Below, piece by piece: positions 37,161-49,942 of a DNA stretch of 64,000 nt; position 1 is the first letter of the stretch, and the number at the start of each line of letters is the position of its first letter. The notes beneath the pieces were generated by a model. It was not told the DNA's origin. It ran no database searches and saw only the letters and a program-made list of their open reading frames with translations. A program made the position numbers and the translations under genes. The DNA is from the human T2T-CHM13v2.0 reference genome, Homo sapiens: the NCBI RefSeq assembly GCF_009914755.1, contig NC_060937.1, one strand, 5' to 3'.

Positions 37161-38708
37161 CAGGGCTCTCCTTCGTCTTAGGATCTGTCCAGCGCTGCTC
37201 TGGGTGGGTTAGCAACCCCAGGGCTGCTGTGATAGGAAGTCCCTGTTGTTCTCCGTACTGGCATTTCTATTTCTAGAAATAATATTTGACATAGCCTTAA
37301 TGGTCCTTAAAGAAGACATTTCAGTGTGAGATTCAGACTTCAGACGCTGAAACTGCTGCCTTTCAGGAAAGCACCACCAACGCTGGAGGAGGAGCCGGCC
37401 CTCACGCCCGCCCCGCGCCACGCTGTGGAACGGGGCTCCGGCAAGTGAAACCCAGAGGGTGTTTCCGAGGTGCTCGACAGTAGGTATTTTTGGAAGCTCA
37501 GATTTCACCATTTGATTGTATAATCTTTTACCTATAAAATATTTATTTGAAGTAGAGGGTAAATCAGCGGTAAGAACAGTGAACACAGTGGTTGGGATAA
37601 AATAAGGTGACAAACATCACACCAAAGATGAGGGTAGCGAGCAACTGGCTTGAGCAGACAGAACGGGGAAGACTCCACTCTGTCCCGAGGGGCCAGCCGC
37701 AGGCGTCCCCAGGGCCACCCTGCCCTGAGGTCCTTGTGTGGCCGCCCTGGCTTGGCAGCCCTGCCCACGCTGCCCCCGCAAACAATGGTGTGTGCGTTTT
37801 TACAGCCCTTTTTAGGAACCCAATATGGGCATAAATGTAACACCTGTAGCGGGGGCAGATTCTCTGTATGTTCAGTTAACAAATTATTTGTAATGTATTT
37901 TTTTAGAAATCTTAAAATTGCCTTTGCACTGAAGTATTTTCATAGCTGTTTATATCTCTTTTATTCATTTATTTAACATACTGTCTAATTTTAAAAATAG
38001 GTTTTTAAAGCTTTCATTTTTAAGTTTATGAAATTTTGGCCACTTTACATTTAGATTCTGGTGAGAGTTTTGACTGAATGTTCCAATCTCTGATGAATGC
38101 GAATTTTCAGATTTGATTTTATTCTCTACACACACCTCTTCTTTTCTTGGTATTTCTGGTGGCAGTGATTAGTTGAACAGCACATTTAAGGCACGATAAT
38201 TTGCTACACTTTTTCTTTACAATTTGTTGCAATTTCATCTGCTTTCTATGTTTCATTGTTAATTGCCATCCTTCAGCCTTAAAAATAGAAGATTCTCACG
38301 TGAAGGTTTAGTAAGTTGGGTCCCAGCTCTGCCTGTGTGGAGATAGTCACCATGTACCTCTGACAACAAGTTTTAGTGTGAAAGTCACTAAACTTTTACA
38401 CACTCCCAAACGTCTTTTTAAAAATTGCTTGGGAAATTATTAAATGAATGTGCCTGATGATTTGAAATAGACAAGGGGCACGAGATAAAAAAGAAAAGGA
38501 TGAGAAGATCCTCAGTGAATGACGTTGCAGGGTCTTCATGCAATTTTCCACCTCGCAGTAGTTAGTATTTACTTGCCTTAAACTAACTTTGAAGCAAGTA
38601 ATGTCAACTTTGAGCACTTTGTTGAGTTTTGAAAAATCTTATTTGTTGCTGCACAGGTTAATAAATTATCAATTTGTAATTCAGCATGTTGGTCAGAGAC
38701 ACGGTCAC

Positions 38709-38887
38709 TGATTCACACCCAGTCCCTGCCACAGACCGTCTCAGACACGCACAGTGGGCCTGCTGCATGATTCACACCCAGTCCCTGCCACAGACCGTCT
38801 CAGACACGCACAGTGGGCCTGCTGCATGATTCACACCCAGTCCCTGCCACAGACCGTCTCAGACACGCACAGTGGGCCTGCTGCATG
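38709..38887. repeat. 59-bp tandem repeat x3 in the 3'UTR
   Basis: TGATTCACACCCAGTCCCTGCCACAGACCGTCTCAGACACGCACAGTGGGCCTGCTGCA at 38709, 38768, 38827. Confidence 0.95.
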
Positions 38888-38944
38888 CGTGTTACCTGGC
38901 TTTTGGCTCCACGCTCACTCATAGCCATGTCCACATGGGGGCTT

Positions 38945-39690
38945 GCACACAGGATCACTCACATATGTACATGTACCCACCACAAACGTGCAAGCTCCTG
39001 CACACATGCATGCACACAAACGTGTACACAAGTGTGAGCTCCTACACGCATACACACACACACGTGTACATGCACCAAAGCATGTGTGACCTACAGACAT
39101 GCAGAACATGCACGTGTACACATACCACAGACACGCGTGTGCATGCTCCTACACAATACATATGCACATATCATGAACAGCGTAAGTTCCTACACACGGA
39201 CGTGTGATACACACATGCATGTACAGGTAAGCACACATGTACAAGCTCCTACAGGCTTGCTCTCACACACGTGTATGCACAGCAGAGAGACGTATGAGCT
39301 TCTACTGCACACATGCACACACACACGCACACGTACATTCACTACAAACGTGCAGCCTCCTGCACACGTGCACATTCATGTGTACACCACAAATGAGTTC
39401 CCAGACGTGTAAACACACGTGCACACATCGTACACATGTGAGCTCCCACACGTACACACAGATGCACATGGACACACCCCAAACACGCACAGGCTCCTAC
39501 ACACATGCACACACGTGTACACCACAAACGAGCTCCCAGACATGTAAACACACGTCTCCCACACGTGAGCTCCCACACATGTACACATGCACATGTACGC
39601 ACCACAAACACATGCGCAGGCTCCTGCAGGCGTGAATACACACATGCACACACATATACACACACGTGCCACAAACAAGTGCACACTGTC
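38945..39690. repeat. Degenerate (CA)/(RY) low-complexity tract
   Basis: Dense cacacatgca, cacgtgtaca and gagctcctacac motifs. Confidence 0.88.
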
Positions 39691-41093
39691 CTGGTGTCCT
39701 GCACTGCATCCTGCCTCCTTGCTGAGGGGCCCCTGTGAGAGGCCTCTGGATGGGCATGGGAAGATGGGCTCCCTGGCCCCCAGCCCATGCCTCCCTGGGA
39801 TGAAGAGTCCCCCTCCTGGCAGAATGTCTGGGCTTTGCAGAGCAGGCCCCGGGGGTGAAGTCGCAGCTTCACTTACACCAGCTGCTCTGTGAGCAAGGCT
39901 TGGTGCCCTGGACAAGGCCCTTCCCCTTTAGGGAGGTCCAGCCTCGCAAGCTGAAACCTCCCCTCGGCTCAGCCCTATACCAGGCGGCCACAGCAGGACT
40001 GGCCACACCCACGCCGCACCTCATCCGTGCACGCGTCGGAGCACGGCCAGCCTTCCGCCACGAGCCAGCTGGGAAGGGCCGCGGCTGCCTAAAGCCCCAG
40101 TCAACCCAGCCTGTGTCTGAGCAGACAGGGCGAACAAGCAGGCCACACCGTCTCGAGGGAGGAGGCCAGATGCGGCCAGCGTCTCCAACAGGGTGACCAT
40201 CCGCTCGGCTTGCTGAGCGTTTAAACAAATGTTTAGACAGGCTGTGGGGACTCCCCTGAGTTGAGCCTTGGCCAGGGGTCCGGTGCTGTCGCGGGAAACC
40301 TCCAGCCTTTTTCTTCAAACCACTCAGCTCATGTGTTTTGCACTGACTAGTACTGAATAATACAACCACTCTTATTTAATGTTAGTATTATTTATTTGAC
40401 AACTCAGTGTCTAACAGCTTGATATGCAGGTCCTTGCATCCTACATTTCTTTAGGAAGTTACCCATTTGTAACTTTAAAAACAGGAAAAATATCAGTTGG
40501 CAAATGCAATCTTTTTTTTTTTTAAGCTAAAGGTGGGTGAACTGGAATGAAAATCTTTCTGATGTTGTGTCTATAAGCAGCCTTGATGGGATATGTTAGA
40601 AGTGTCATGAAAGTGTGATTCTACTTTTGCAGAAAAATCTAAAGATCAATTTATATAGCTTTATTTTTTACTTTATCAAAGTATACAGAATTTTAATATG
40701 CATATATTGTGTCTGACTTAAAATTATAATGTCTGCGTCACCATTTAAAATGTCTGTTCATTATGTAATGTAATAAAAGAAGGTCTTCAAAAATGTATTT
40801 AACATGAATGGTATCCATAGTTGTCATCATCATAAATACTGGAGTTTATTTTTAAATTATTAAACATAGTAGGTGCATTAACATAAATCAGTCTCCACAC
40901 AGTAACATTTAACTGATAATTCATTAATCAGCTTTGAAAAATTAAATTGTTAATTAAACCAATCTAACATTTCAGTAAAGTTTATTTTGTATGCTTCTGT
41001 TTTTAACTTTTATTTCTGTAGATAAACTGACTGGATAATATTATATTGGACTTTTCTCTAGATTATCTAAGCAGGAGACCTGAATCTGCTTGC

Positions 41094-41106
41094 AATAAAG
41101 AATAAA
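41094..41106 (+). terminator. Tandem polyadenylation signals AATAAA (41094-41099, 41101-41106) for ATP11A
   Basis: GCAATAAAGAATAAAAG at the end of an AU-rich block, with U- and GU-rich sequence downstream; composition switches to GC-rich after ~41170. Confidence 0.85.
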
Positions 41107-43599
41107 AGTCTGCTTCAGTTTCTTTATAAAGAAACTCACACAAGTGGTGTGTACATTTTCTGCTCTGAGAAACTGTGCAGTCAGAACACTTCGCAGCGTG
41201 CTTCTGTGCGGGATGGAGGTGGCAAGCCCAGTGGGTGATGTGGGCCCTCCCTGGCTGTTCCCTCGGCTGCCACCCCCTGCAGGGATACCAGGTGTGCCAG
41301 GTGCAGGGCCCTGGTGCTGACTGCCCTGGATGCCAGTGCCTGCACAGAACCGGAAACACCACTGGGTTTCCCAACCTTCTGGTCCATCCCCACCACAAGC
41401 TCCTCCCTGACCTCTGCCAAGCTCCTGCCTGCCACCTCGTGCTTGGGGTCTAGGTGCCCCCTTTCCATCCCAATTTTCCCTCTTGACCAAACCCCAGGCT
41501 CCTCCAGGCCCTTCAGCCTCCTGGGCTCTGTTGGCTGAACCCAGCCTTTCCCACTCTGAAGTAGAGGGCATTCCCTGCCCCCTGCCACTCCCAGCCCTGG
41601 CAGAATTCTGGGTGCTGCCACGGAGCCCCCGGAATGCCCCCTGGCCTTGGAGGCCGTGGCCTTGTCCCAACCCTGACCTCACCCTCTCTCGAGTTCCACC
41701 CAGCCCGGCCGTGTCATACTCTGCAGTTTTGTGTCTTGTCTGGAAACACCAACTTCAAAACACCACCAGGTCCCAACTTCTGGGATCCCAGCTCCATTGG
41801 GGCACCCGGAGAGGGGCCTTGGGGTGGATCCTAGAGCATCCCTGGTGGCTGGTGCCTGAGTCCCGCCTGGCTACATCTCCTCTCCCTGCTCAGCCACCTG
41901 CTTCCCATGGAGTCTCAGCTCAGGGCCACGTGGGAAACACCCCGGGAGGGGACAGAGGGCCCCTGGCTCGCAGGCTGGAATTCTAAACATGGGACTTTTT
42001 CTGGCTCCTGAACGCCACAAAGTCGGGGGTACTTTTCACAGGCAGTGCTCCGAAGGCATCTGTGGGGTGAATGAACCTACAGCTGCCCTGGATTCTCTCC
42101 GAAATGCTTTCCTCTCGTTCCCTGGATTCTCAGCATCTTCATGTGGGCTTACCTTTACCTTTCCAGCTCGTAACCCTGAAGCCATCTTCCGTACAGCTGT
42201 CTCTTCCTCTTGTAGCAGGAAAACAGATAATGCTGTGATTTTGCGGGTCATGGGGAGAAGAGGGGAGGGGCAGAGCAGGCTGGTCCCAGGGGGCGGCACT
42301 AGGGTGGGAAGGCCTGGCCCTAATGAGTGACCCAAACTCGCTTCACCTCCCCCTGCTCTCCAGACAGAAGACATGAATCCTGAAAGCGAGATGCCCAGTG
42401 ACCCTGCCCACTGCCCAAGGAGGAGGAAGCCTGGCCCTCCCTGCCCATCAGGGCCTCCTGGGGAAGCCAGAGGGGGATGCAAGCTTGCCCTCCACACTGG
42501 CCCATCTGTCCCGTGCCAAAGATCTTTTCTTAACTGCAGATGCTAGGTCACTGGGGGCCTCTGTGGGTGTTTAGCAAACATCATCAACCACACAGGCCAC
42601 CCGAGGCCCCCACAGCAGATGATGCCGCCTGTGGACCTGAATGGGAGTGTCTGTGTGCCTGCAGCGGTGAGGATGGAGGAAGGCGTGGCTCGTGTGGCGC
42701 TGCGTGCCCCGCGCTGATGCTGGGGCTCCCAGAGCCGCCCACGTGGCCTGTGGCGCACTTGCTCAGTGGCGGGTCCTGAGGTGGACGAGGACTGGCCCTG
42801 TCCTGAGGAGGCTGCCGGTCCTTTGCACGCGCAGTGAACCCGCTCACCTCGTGCAGCCTGTCCTGACGACTGCTTTCCACAACAGCATAGCGTGTGGCCT
42901 GCCAGTGAACGGGCCCAGGTGTGGGAGGGACGCAGGGACAGAACCCACAGGAGCCCCTTCCCGGTGTCTCGAGAGGTGTCCTCAGGGCGTCCTCGGGGCA
43001 TCCTCAGGTGTCCTCTGGGTGTCCTCAGGTGTCCTCAGGGTGTTCTGGCATCCACCAGCCTGCCCAGGGCATCCGCTGCTCCCCCACATCAACTGAGGGC
43101 TGTTCCATGCCAGCCTCATACTCTCACCTGGGACAGGATTGCTGGGAGGGCTCAGGGGACGGGGCAAGGCCAGCCAAGCCCAGAAGGGCTGGAGGGAGAG
43201 CGAGGCCGGCATAAAATGGTTCTCAGCTCATGTGGAGCCACAGATGCTGGCTTGGGGCAGCCTCCAGGCTCTGACAGGGAGGCTGGTTTGTTCAGGTGTC
43301 CTCCAGTGTCCCAGCAAAGGGGACATTCCAGCAGCACCTGGGGCCAAGAGAGAGGGAGGAGGATGGAGCCTGGAGAAGAAATAAAAGTTGGAATCAAAAG
43401 TTGTTTGCTGGGAGAGGAAGAGCCATGTGCCTATCTCAAAAGCGTGGGTGACATGCGTGCTTCCTGTGAGCGCCCTGCGGAGGCTCGTCTGTGCACCAAC
43501 ACCCCGGGGTCTCCCCAGGTGTGGCAGCACCACCCTGTCCTCCACCTGCATCTCCTCTGGGCGCTCTCCATGCGGCGCTGGGGTCAGGGCCCGCCCCAC

Positions 43600-43720
43600 T
43601 GACCTCCTTTTAGCTCGGTCGCCTCTGTAAAGACCCCATCTCCAACCAAGGCCACATTCTGAGGCACTGGGAGTTAGCACTCCGACATCTCTTTTTGGAA
43701 GACACAATTCAACCCCCAAC
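43600..43720. mobile_element. MLT1-type MaLR LTR fragment
   Basis: TAAAGACCCCATCTCCAACCAAGGCCACATTCTGAGG..GGAGTTAG..GACACAATTCAACCC resembles an MLT1 terminus. Confidence 0.55.
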
Positions 43721-46700
43721 ACTCCGTTCTGGGGGGCCATGGAAATGCCTCATCCGGCTTCAGGGCAGTCACACCTGGGAGCAGCCGCGGCCTGCGGGGT
43801 GGATCCGGGCCTGTGCGGCGGTGGGGTGGGGTTGGAGGGGTGTTTGAGGCCATGGCTGCTCCTTGGATGACAACCTGGAACACACCAGGGGAGCTCGCTT
43901 GCCATCGGTTCTGAGTGGCTCAACCTGGGTGACTGCAATGGACCGAGAGGGTCCGGGTCGTCCCCAACCCGCAAAGGCATCCAGGAAGCCACCCGGGGAC
44001 CCTGCTCAGAGCAAGGCAGAGCCAGACACACAGCAACAGGCAAGCCGCCCCGCAGAGGATGAGCCGAGGCAGCACGCACCAACACGGGGCTAAAGTCAGC
44101 ATCTCACTCATCTCACAAGGCTTCCTGACTTCTTAAGACATCAGTGGTTACTCTAAAAGAGAAGAGCAGGCCGTGGCGGGCAGGTGACCCCTCACCGTCG
44201 CCCTGGGGGAAGGAGCGGGCTGTGGCGGCCGGGTGACCTCTCACCGTCTCTGTGGCGGCATCACTGTCTTTCTGCCGGCCAAGCCATCGGGGCAGCAGAA
44301 GAGTCTCAAACAGAAACCCGGCTCAGCTCTTGTTTCTCACCTCCTTGTTTCAGCAAAATTCTCCCCAAAAGGTGGCTATATTTGTTGTCTCTGTCTCCGT
44401 ACACACCCTCATCTGCCTCCCGATCTGTGGACGGCTTCTGGGCCCTCGTGGGACGGCTGGGTCCTGTCTGTCTCTGCTTCTCAGCGGGCCCCGGCGCAGG
44501 CCACCACCCCACCTGCCCTCGTGGTCTGCGTTCTTTGCCTTCACAGCATGAATCTCACCCCGATTTGAGGCTGTGTCTGTGTACATTAACCTATTTTATG
44601 TATTTTTACTGAGACATAAGCTCCAAGAAGTGAGAGACTTTGCCTCGCTCTGGGCCGAGCCCTGTGTCCAGCATGGGGCCTGGGGTGCAGGAAGGACGCA
44701 GTGACCATGGGGCTGGCTGGACACAGACTCAGGGCCCCTGCCCGGCTCAGCTTCCCAGTGAGGATTCCAGGTGCTGGGTGCCTGGTTGTAGCCAGCCAGA
44801 CCACCCTGGTCAGAGGTTTCGGGACAAGGGCTGGCAGGAAGCCCTTCCCATACAGCTGGAGCCCATGAGGCCGAGCCCGACGGCACCTGGGCAGTGAGAA
44901 GCCAAGACCTCGGCACTTTCGTTCTGGAGGAGGGGGTGAGGGAGGGACAGTACCGCTGTCTTGTCTAGGCAGGGTTTGTGCAGATTTGGGGGCTGGAGGA
45001 GGCCAGCGTAGCCCTGCCCTGCTCCCTCCAGCCACCCAGAACTGCAGAGGCGCCAGGCCCAAGTCTGCCTGTGGCGTGTCCAACACAGAAGGGCAGATTC
45101 CGAGACAAACCAGGGTGGCTACAGGTTTACAAGGGGGCCCTGTGGTCTTTCCTCTGTAGGTGGGAGGACACTGTCGCCACCTTCCTCGGCTGTGTAAGGC
45201 GAGCACAAAGGAGTCTCCCACCTGAGATACGATCACTCCTTTTCTTTCCCGTACAGACATCTCTGTGGGAGCGATGCTTTCACATAAAGCGCTTAATCTC
45301 CAATGGTAAAGTTTCCAACACTAAGTCGAGACGTTGGAACAATTTGGAAGCAGATGAACCTTCCTAAACTGCTTATGGGACACAGTGACCACACGGAGAT
45401 GCCCTGGAAGGATTCCAGCCTTTGGGGTCACAGGCACGGGCACCACAGCTTCCCGGGTGCCTGCTACCTGAGCTCGCTGTAAGTGCCGCACGGCTTACGT
45501 GGAATCCACAGAGGCAGCCCGTACTCCCCCCTCCATGTGCAGCGCCCAGACACGTGTGCCGAGGCTGCAGGTGTGCTACAGTGCGGCGGCCAACCGGCTT
45601 TCCCCTGCAGCCTCAGCTCCTGCGGGATCTGCTCACTGGTAGGCAGTGACGCCCTGGCGGGAGTTGTCCCTGAGGTCTCTGCTCCTCCTGCTGTGCTCGC
45701 AGGGGAACCTGTTTGTGACGTAGTCTCCTTGTGCCCCACTGGGCTTCTGAGGCTGTGAAAGCTGGTGGAGCACAAAGGGCTTGCCCGGCCCTAACAAGCC
45801 TGGCCCCAGCAGGGCACCGCGGGCAGCCTCTGATGCGCGGCTCTGGGCCTTTGTCCTCGGCTGAATTAATTTCCTCTTGAATTGCCTCAACTTTAGAATG
45901 AGCCCTAGCCTTTTCTGAAGCACACACATCTTGGGGTTTTGTCCTCTGTATTTTCGCTGCATTGGCTGCCAATGCGGAAAGCTTTCATGGAGAAGACGTT
46001 CTGGCTTCTTGTCTGTCTGTCCCCTGAGGGCTGCGGGCCAGCTCCATGCCCGTCCACGGTGTGCAGGTGGAGGCATCTTTCAGGGTATCAGGTGGGAATC
46101 CGTGCTTCCTGGCAAAGTCTGTTCCAGTGTGGTGCCCACTGTCCATGCGCCTGTGGGTGTGAGCCTGCACCCTGCACGAATGTGTGGAGCGGGGTCGTGG
46201 CTGGCTGGGGTCACTGCCTGTCCCCTCCTTTTCCGCAGCCACGGTGCCATCTGCTTGCACGTCCTGCAGGAGATCCTCAGGGCGGGTTCCCACGGGCAGC
46301 CTCCCTTTGGACTTTTATTGCTCGATTAAATGATATTTAATTCAGCCTGTCTGACAGTCTGACAGAATGTGCTATGTTACCAGAGGGTCTTATGCCAACA
46401 TGAGAAAGGGGGCGTTGGTCTCCAAAAAGACAAACAAACAAAAAACAGGTAAGAAACACCATGTGGGCCCACTCTGACCTTTTTAACTGAGGCACCTTTG
46501 AGAAGGAAAGCCTGTTCCACTCCGATTCTCAAAGCTCCTGAACGCATTGCTAGTGACAATCCTGTCTCCGTGGCTAATTATGTGAAGAAACGTTACTGGG
46601 TTGAGGGAGTTCCCTTGGGTTTAATTTCCTGTCCCTCTCAAATCATCCCTCCTCCTTCCCTGAGCCCAGCCTCCCCCTTTCCTGCCCATGCTGGCAGGTT

Positions 46701-47780
46701 CTGGCCCTTCCTGGACCCCTCTCCTGTCCCCTGCACAGGTCTCTGCAGGGTTTCTGCACGCTGGGGAGGGCAGGTTCCCCAGTGGAGCCACTCCCTGCGG
46801 GTCTGAGTGGGGCCCGGGGTCTCTGCACGGTCACCGATGCTGCTGCTGCTCCAGGGAGCAGGCTTGCAGGAGCAAGGATCCAGTCCCTGAACGCACGTGC
46901 TCCCCCTGGGAGAAATTCTGCAGCCAGGCTTGGTCCACGCACCGTCCTCCCGGCCCACACACCCTCCTCCCGGACCTCAGTCTGTCTCTGTGTATCACAT
47001 GCCTGTTCCCAGTGTTCTGACCTCAGGTGGGCACGGCGCGGTGGACTGCACTTCCCGCTGCTTGCTTGGTTAATGTTTACCTCCCTCCTGCCAGAGCTTT
47101 GTTTTCATTTCATTCAAACAGGCTTCCTCTTTTTACCCACTAAATGGAGACATTTTAAAGCTCCAACTGCAAGTGCTAAAGTCTATAGCTGGGTCCACAT
47201 CTTCCATGATTTCACCTTTTTATGCCACTTTACTTTGTTTTTAAGTTATCAATAAGTTTCCACTGAATCTTGGAGACACAAGAATTAAATGGTGGGGTCT
47301 TTTATAGTTTTTTTGTTTTGTTTTGTTTGTTTTGCAAACAACTTCTGCTGCACTGTTAGGTACCAAAGTGAGGCCGCGCTGACAGGGGCCAGCGTCCTGT
47401 ACCGCGACCCACAGACCAGCGGCTCCTTACCCACTCCAGTACTGAGGAGTGAGGTGGGTTCTTGTCCCTTTTTACCCTAGGACCTAAACATGGGAAACCC
47501 TAGCCCTTCTGATACGTAACAGGGGCAGCCCTGATTTCTGCTGCTAACCTAGTTAACTGGTAATCTGTCTGCTCTTTGGCATGCTGGGAGCTCTGTGTGC
47601 ACTAACCCGTGGACCCCAGGACGCTCTGGGACGGCTGCACAGATGAGAACACAGGCCAGAAGGGTTTGTTAGTGACTTCTCTGATGTCACAGGCTGGTCA
47701 GCTCAGCTGGGCCACATTCCAGCGGCCCCAGCCCTGTCCCACGTGCCCCAGCTTTCTCCTGGGAAGCTGCAGGGAAGGGT

Positions 47781-47876
47781 CCAGCTAGGGCGATCCCAGC
47801 TAGGGCGATCCCAGCTAGGGCGATCCCAGCTAGGGCGATCCCAGCTAGGGCGATCCCAGCTAGGGCGATCCCAGCT
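47781..47876. repeat. 15-bp minisatellite x6.4 (CCAGCTAGGGCGATC)
   Basis: Six perfect copies plus a partial copy. Confidence 0.96.
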
Positions 47877-48049
47877 GGGTCCCTGTGGGGCTTCAGAGTG
47901 GACACAACTTCCCTGCCAGCTGGCTCGGATCCAGGGGGGCAGGTGGGACCCCGTTTTACATGTGAGCCCAAGGAAGTGAGGCCTGGGCCCCAGAAGACCT
48001 CCGACCCGTCCCCTTGTCCAGCCCTCTCCCCTCTGGAAGGGGCCGAGGG

Positions 48050-48830
48050 TGACCCCAGGTGGCAGGAACTGCACCCATTAGGCACGACCCCGCCCCGCTG
48101 CCCGCCCCGGTCACACCTCCCCCTGTCGCCCCCTCCCCCGCCTCGGGCACGGCGGGGAGGGGGGGGAAGAGGGGGATGGGTGAGGAGAGCAATGGGTGGG
48201 AGACGGGGAGAGGGGGAGAGGGGCAGGCTGCTCCCATCGCCCCGCCTCGCCGCCCTTCCCCCGCCGCTCTGGGCTCTGGCCCCCGCCCCGCCCCCGCCCC
48301 CGGGCCCCTCTCCGCCCCTCCCCCTCCGGCCCGCCCCCGCCCCGCCCCGCCCCTTCTCTCTCCCCGCCCAGTGTCGGCGCAGCCCTGGGAGGAGGCGTCA
48401 GGACGCGCGGACACCTGCGGGGCGCGGAGCTCGGCGGACGCGGGAGGGCAGCACCACGGGCGGCAGGTGCGCGCGGGGCGGGGGCCTGGAGGGGGCGCGG
48501 GGGTGACGGGAGGGGGCGCGGGGCGGAGCCGGGCAGGAAGCGTCGCGGTCGCTCCCGGAGCGGGGCCGTCTCCCCCGCGTCCCCCTTAGCCTGGCTGGGG
48601 ACAGGCGCTGGGACCCGGCTCGCGGTCAGGGCGGCCTGGGATCGGCCCCCGCGGCCCCTGCCCAGCGTCCTGCGCTGGGAACTTCGAGGCGCCTGGGGGG
48701 CTCGAAATGGCAGTGGAGGAGACCCCGCGAGTGTCCAGGCGCCCAGGGCCCCTCCGCATTGTCACGGGGGCCCTCACACCCCGGCAGGTGTCACCCCCTG
48801 GACGGGCTTCTGCCGACGATCCCTTGGGCA
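48050..48830 (+). promoter_or_regulatory. MCF2L: CpG island / GC-box promoter of upstream MCF2L transcripts
   Basis: Very high GC and CpG density; many CCCCGCCC/GGGGCGG Sp1/KLF boxes at 48088-48369. Confidence 0.85.
48370..48466 (+). other. MCF2L: Putative non-coding first exon of MCF2L
   Basis: Inr-like CCAGTGT after the GC boxes; donor CGGCAG|gtgcgc at 48466; no ATG; TSS approximate. Confidence 0.6.
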
Positions 48831-49840
48831 CCTCGTAGGACCACCCCGGGAGCTCTGCCCACCCCTTCCTGCCAGAGCGATGGGGGGCCAGTGTCCAGGA
48901 CAGCGCCTAGGGACAGGGCTGGAGGGAAGGGTAGCCTGGGGTCCGGCTGGGGTCGGGCCCACACCTGGTGGCTGGGGACAGTGCTGGAGGGGAGGGTAGC
49001 CTGGGGTCGGGCCCACATCTGCATCTTTCATCTGCCTGCTTGTCCCGGGCCAGGGTCCCCTTGGCCACAGGTCCCCAAACAGACAGCGGGAAGGCCGTGG
49101 AGCGCGGGCTGGGCGGACTCCTCCTGGGAGCTCCTTTTGACCTGGCTTGGTTGCCGTGGGCCCTCTGTGGCTCTTCTCCCAGCTGTGGGCCCCTGGCCTT
49201 GCTTCAGACCCTTATATAGGATGCTGCGGGAGGGCTGGGCCAGAGGGGGCTCTGGAGCCCAGGCAGGCTCACTCCCTGGAGACTCCCGCCCAGGGGCGTG
49301 GCCCGCATGACCCTCACAGAGCCGGGACCCCGAAGGGGTTAAGGTGGCCCGGGCCGCCCAGGCAGGATGTGCCGGCATGGCTGTAGGAGGCCCCAGGATG
49401 TGTGGCCACGGGGACCGACACGGCTGACCACAAAAATAGAAATGCAGTCCCCAGGGCTGCAGGCTGCAGAGTGTCGGTGTGGTCCCCTCCCTGGCAAGCA
49501 GGAGACCCACATGGCCAGGTGGGTGCTGGATGCTGGGACTGAGGAGGAGCCTCTAGCCCCCAGGACTCCTAACATGCGAACTGTGGAGCGAGGGGTCCAG
49601 GGCTGGTCGTGAGAACGGAGTGCACACCCAGGCATTGCCTGAGTTCTGCAGCCTCCGTGGGTAGCTGGGGGGACGGGACCCCGGGAGCCTGTGGAGCCCT
49701 CAGTCCCAGGGGGGCAGTGAGGACTCTGGGGCAAGCTGACAGCTAGGTGGGCAGGAGACCCGGGTTTTAAGGCTCCCTCAGGACTCTCCTTCAGCTCTTC
49801 CCCATCCTGTGGGGCCGGCTCCGCCCTCCCAGGTCCCAAC

Positions 49841-49942
49841 TTCACCGGGCTGTGCAGGGGCCCAGGCGTCCCCGATTTCACCGGGCTGTGCAGGGGTCCC
49901 GGTGTCCCCGATTTCACCGGGCTGTGTAGGGGCCCAGGTGTC
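49841..49942. repeat. 36-bp tandem repeat x~2.8
   Basis: TTCACCGGGCTGTGCAGGGG.. at 49841, 49877, 49913. Confidence 0.85.

Larger units (their letters stand above)
36041..41125 (+). other. ATP11A: ATP11A long 3'UTR (from 35792 for isoforms A/B)
   Basis: AU-rich blocks at 37880-38690 and 40340-41125, ending at tandem AATAAA; 3' end approximate. Confidence 0.8.

Noticed and set aside
38813-39915. His/Thr/Cys-rich ORFs in the 3'UTR
   Set aside because: Translation of the CA/TG low-complexity tract
44173-44260. Duplicated GGTGA-N4-TCACC palindrome resembling a nuclear receptor element
   Set aside because: Does not match the ERE (GGTCA-N3-TGACC); a short local duplication explains it
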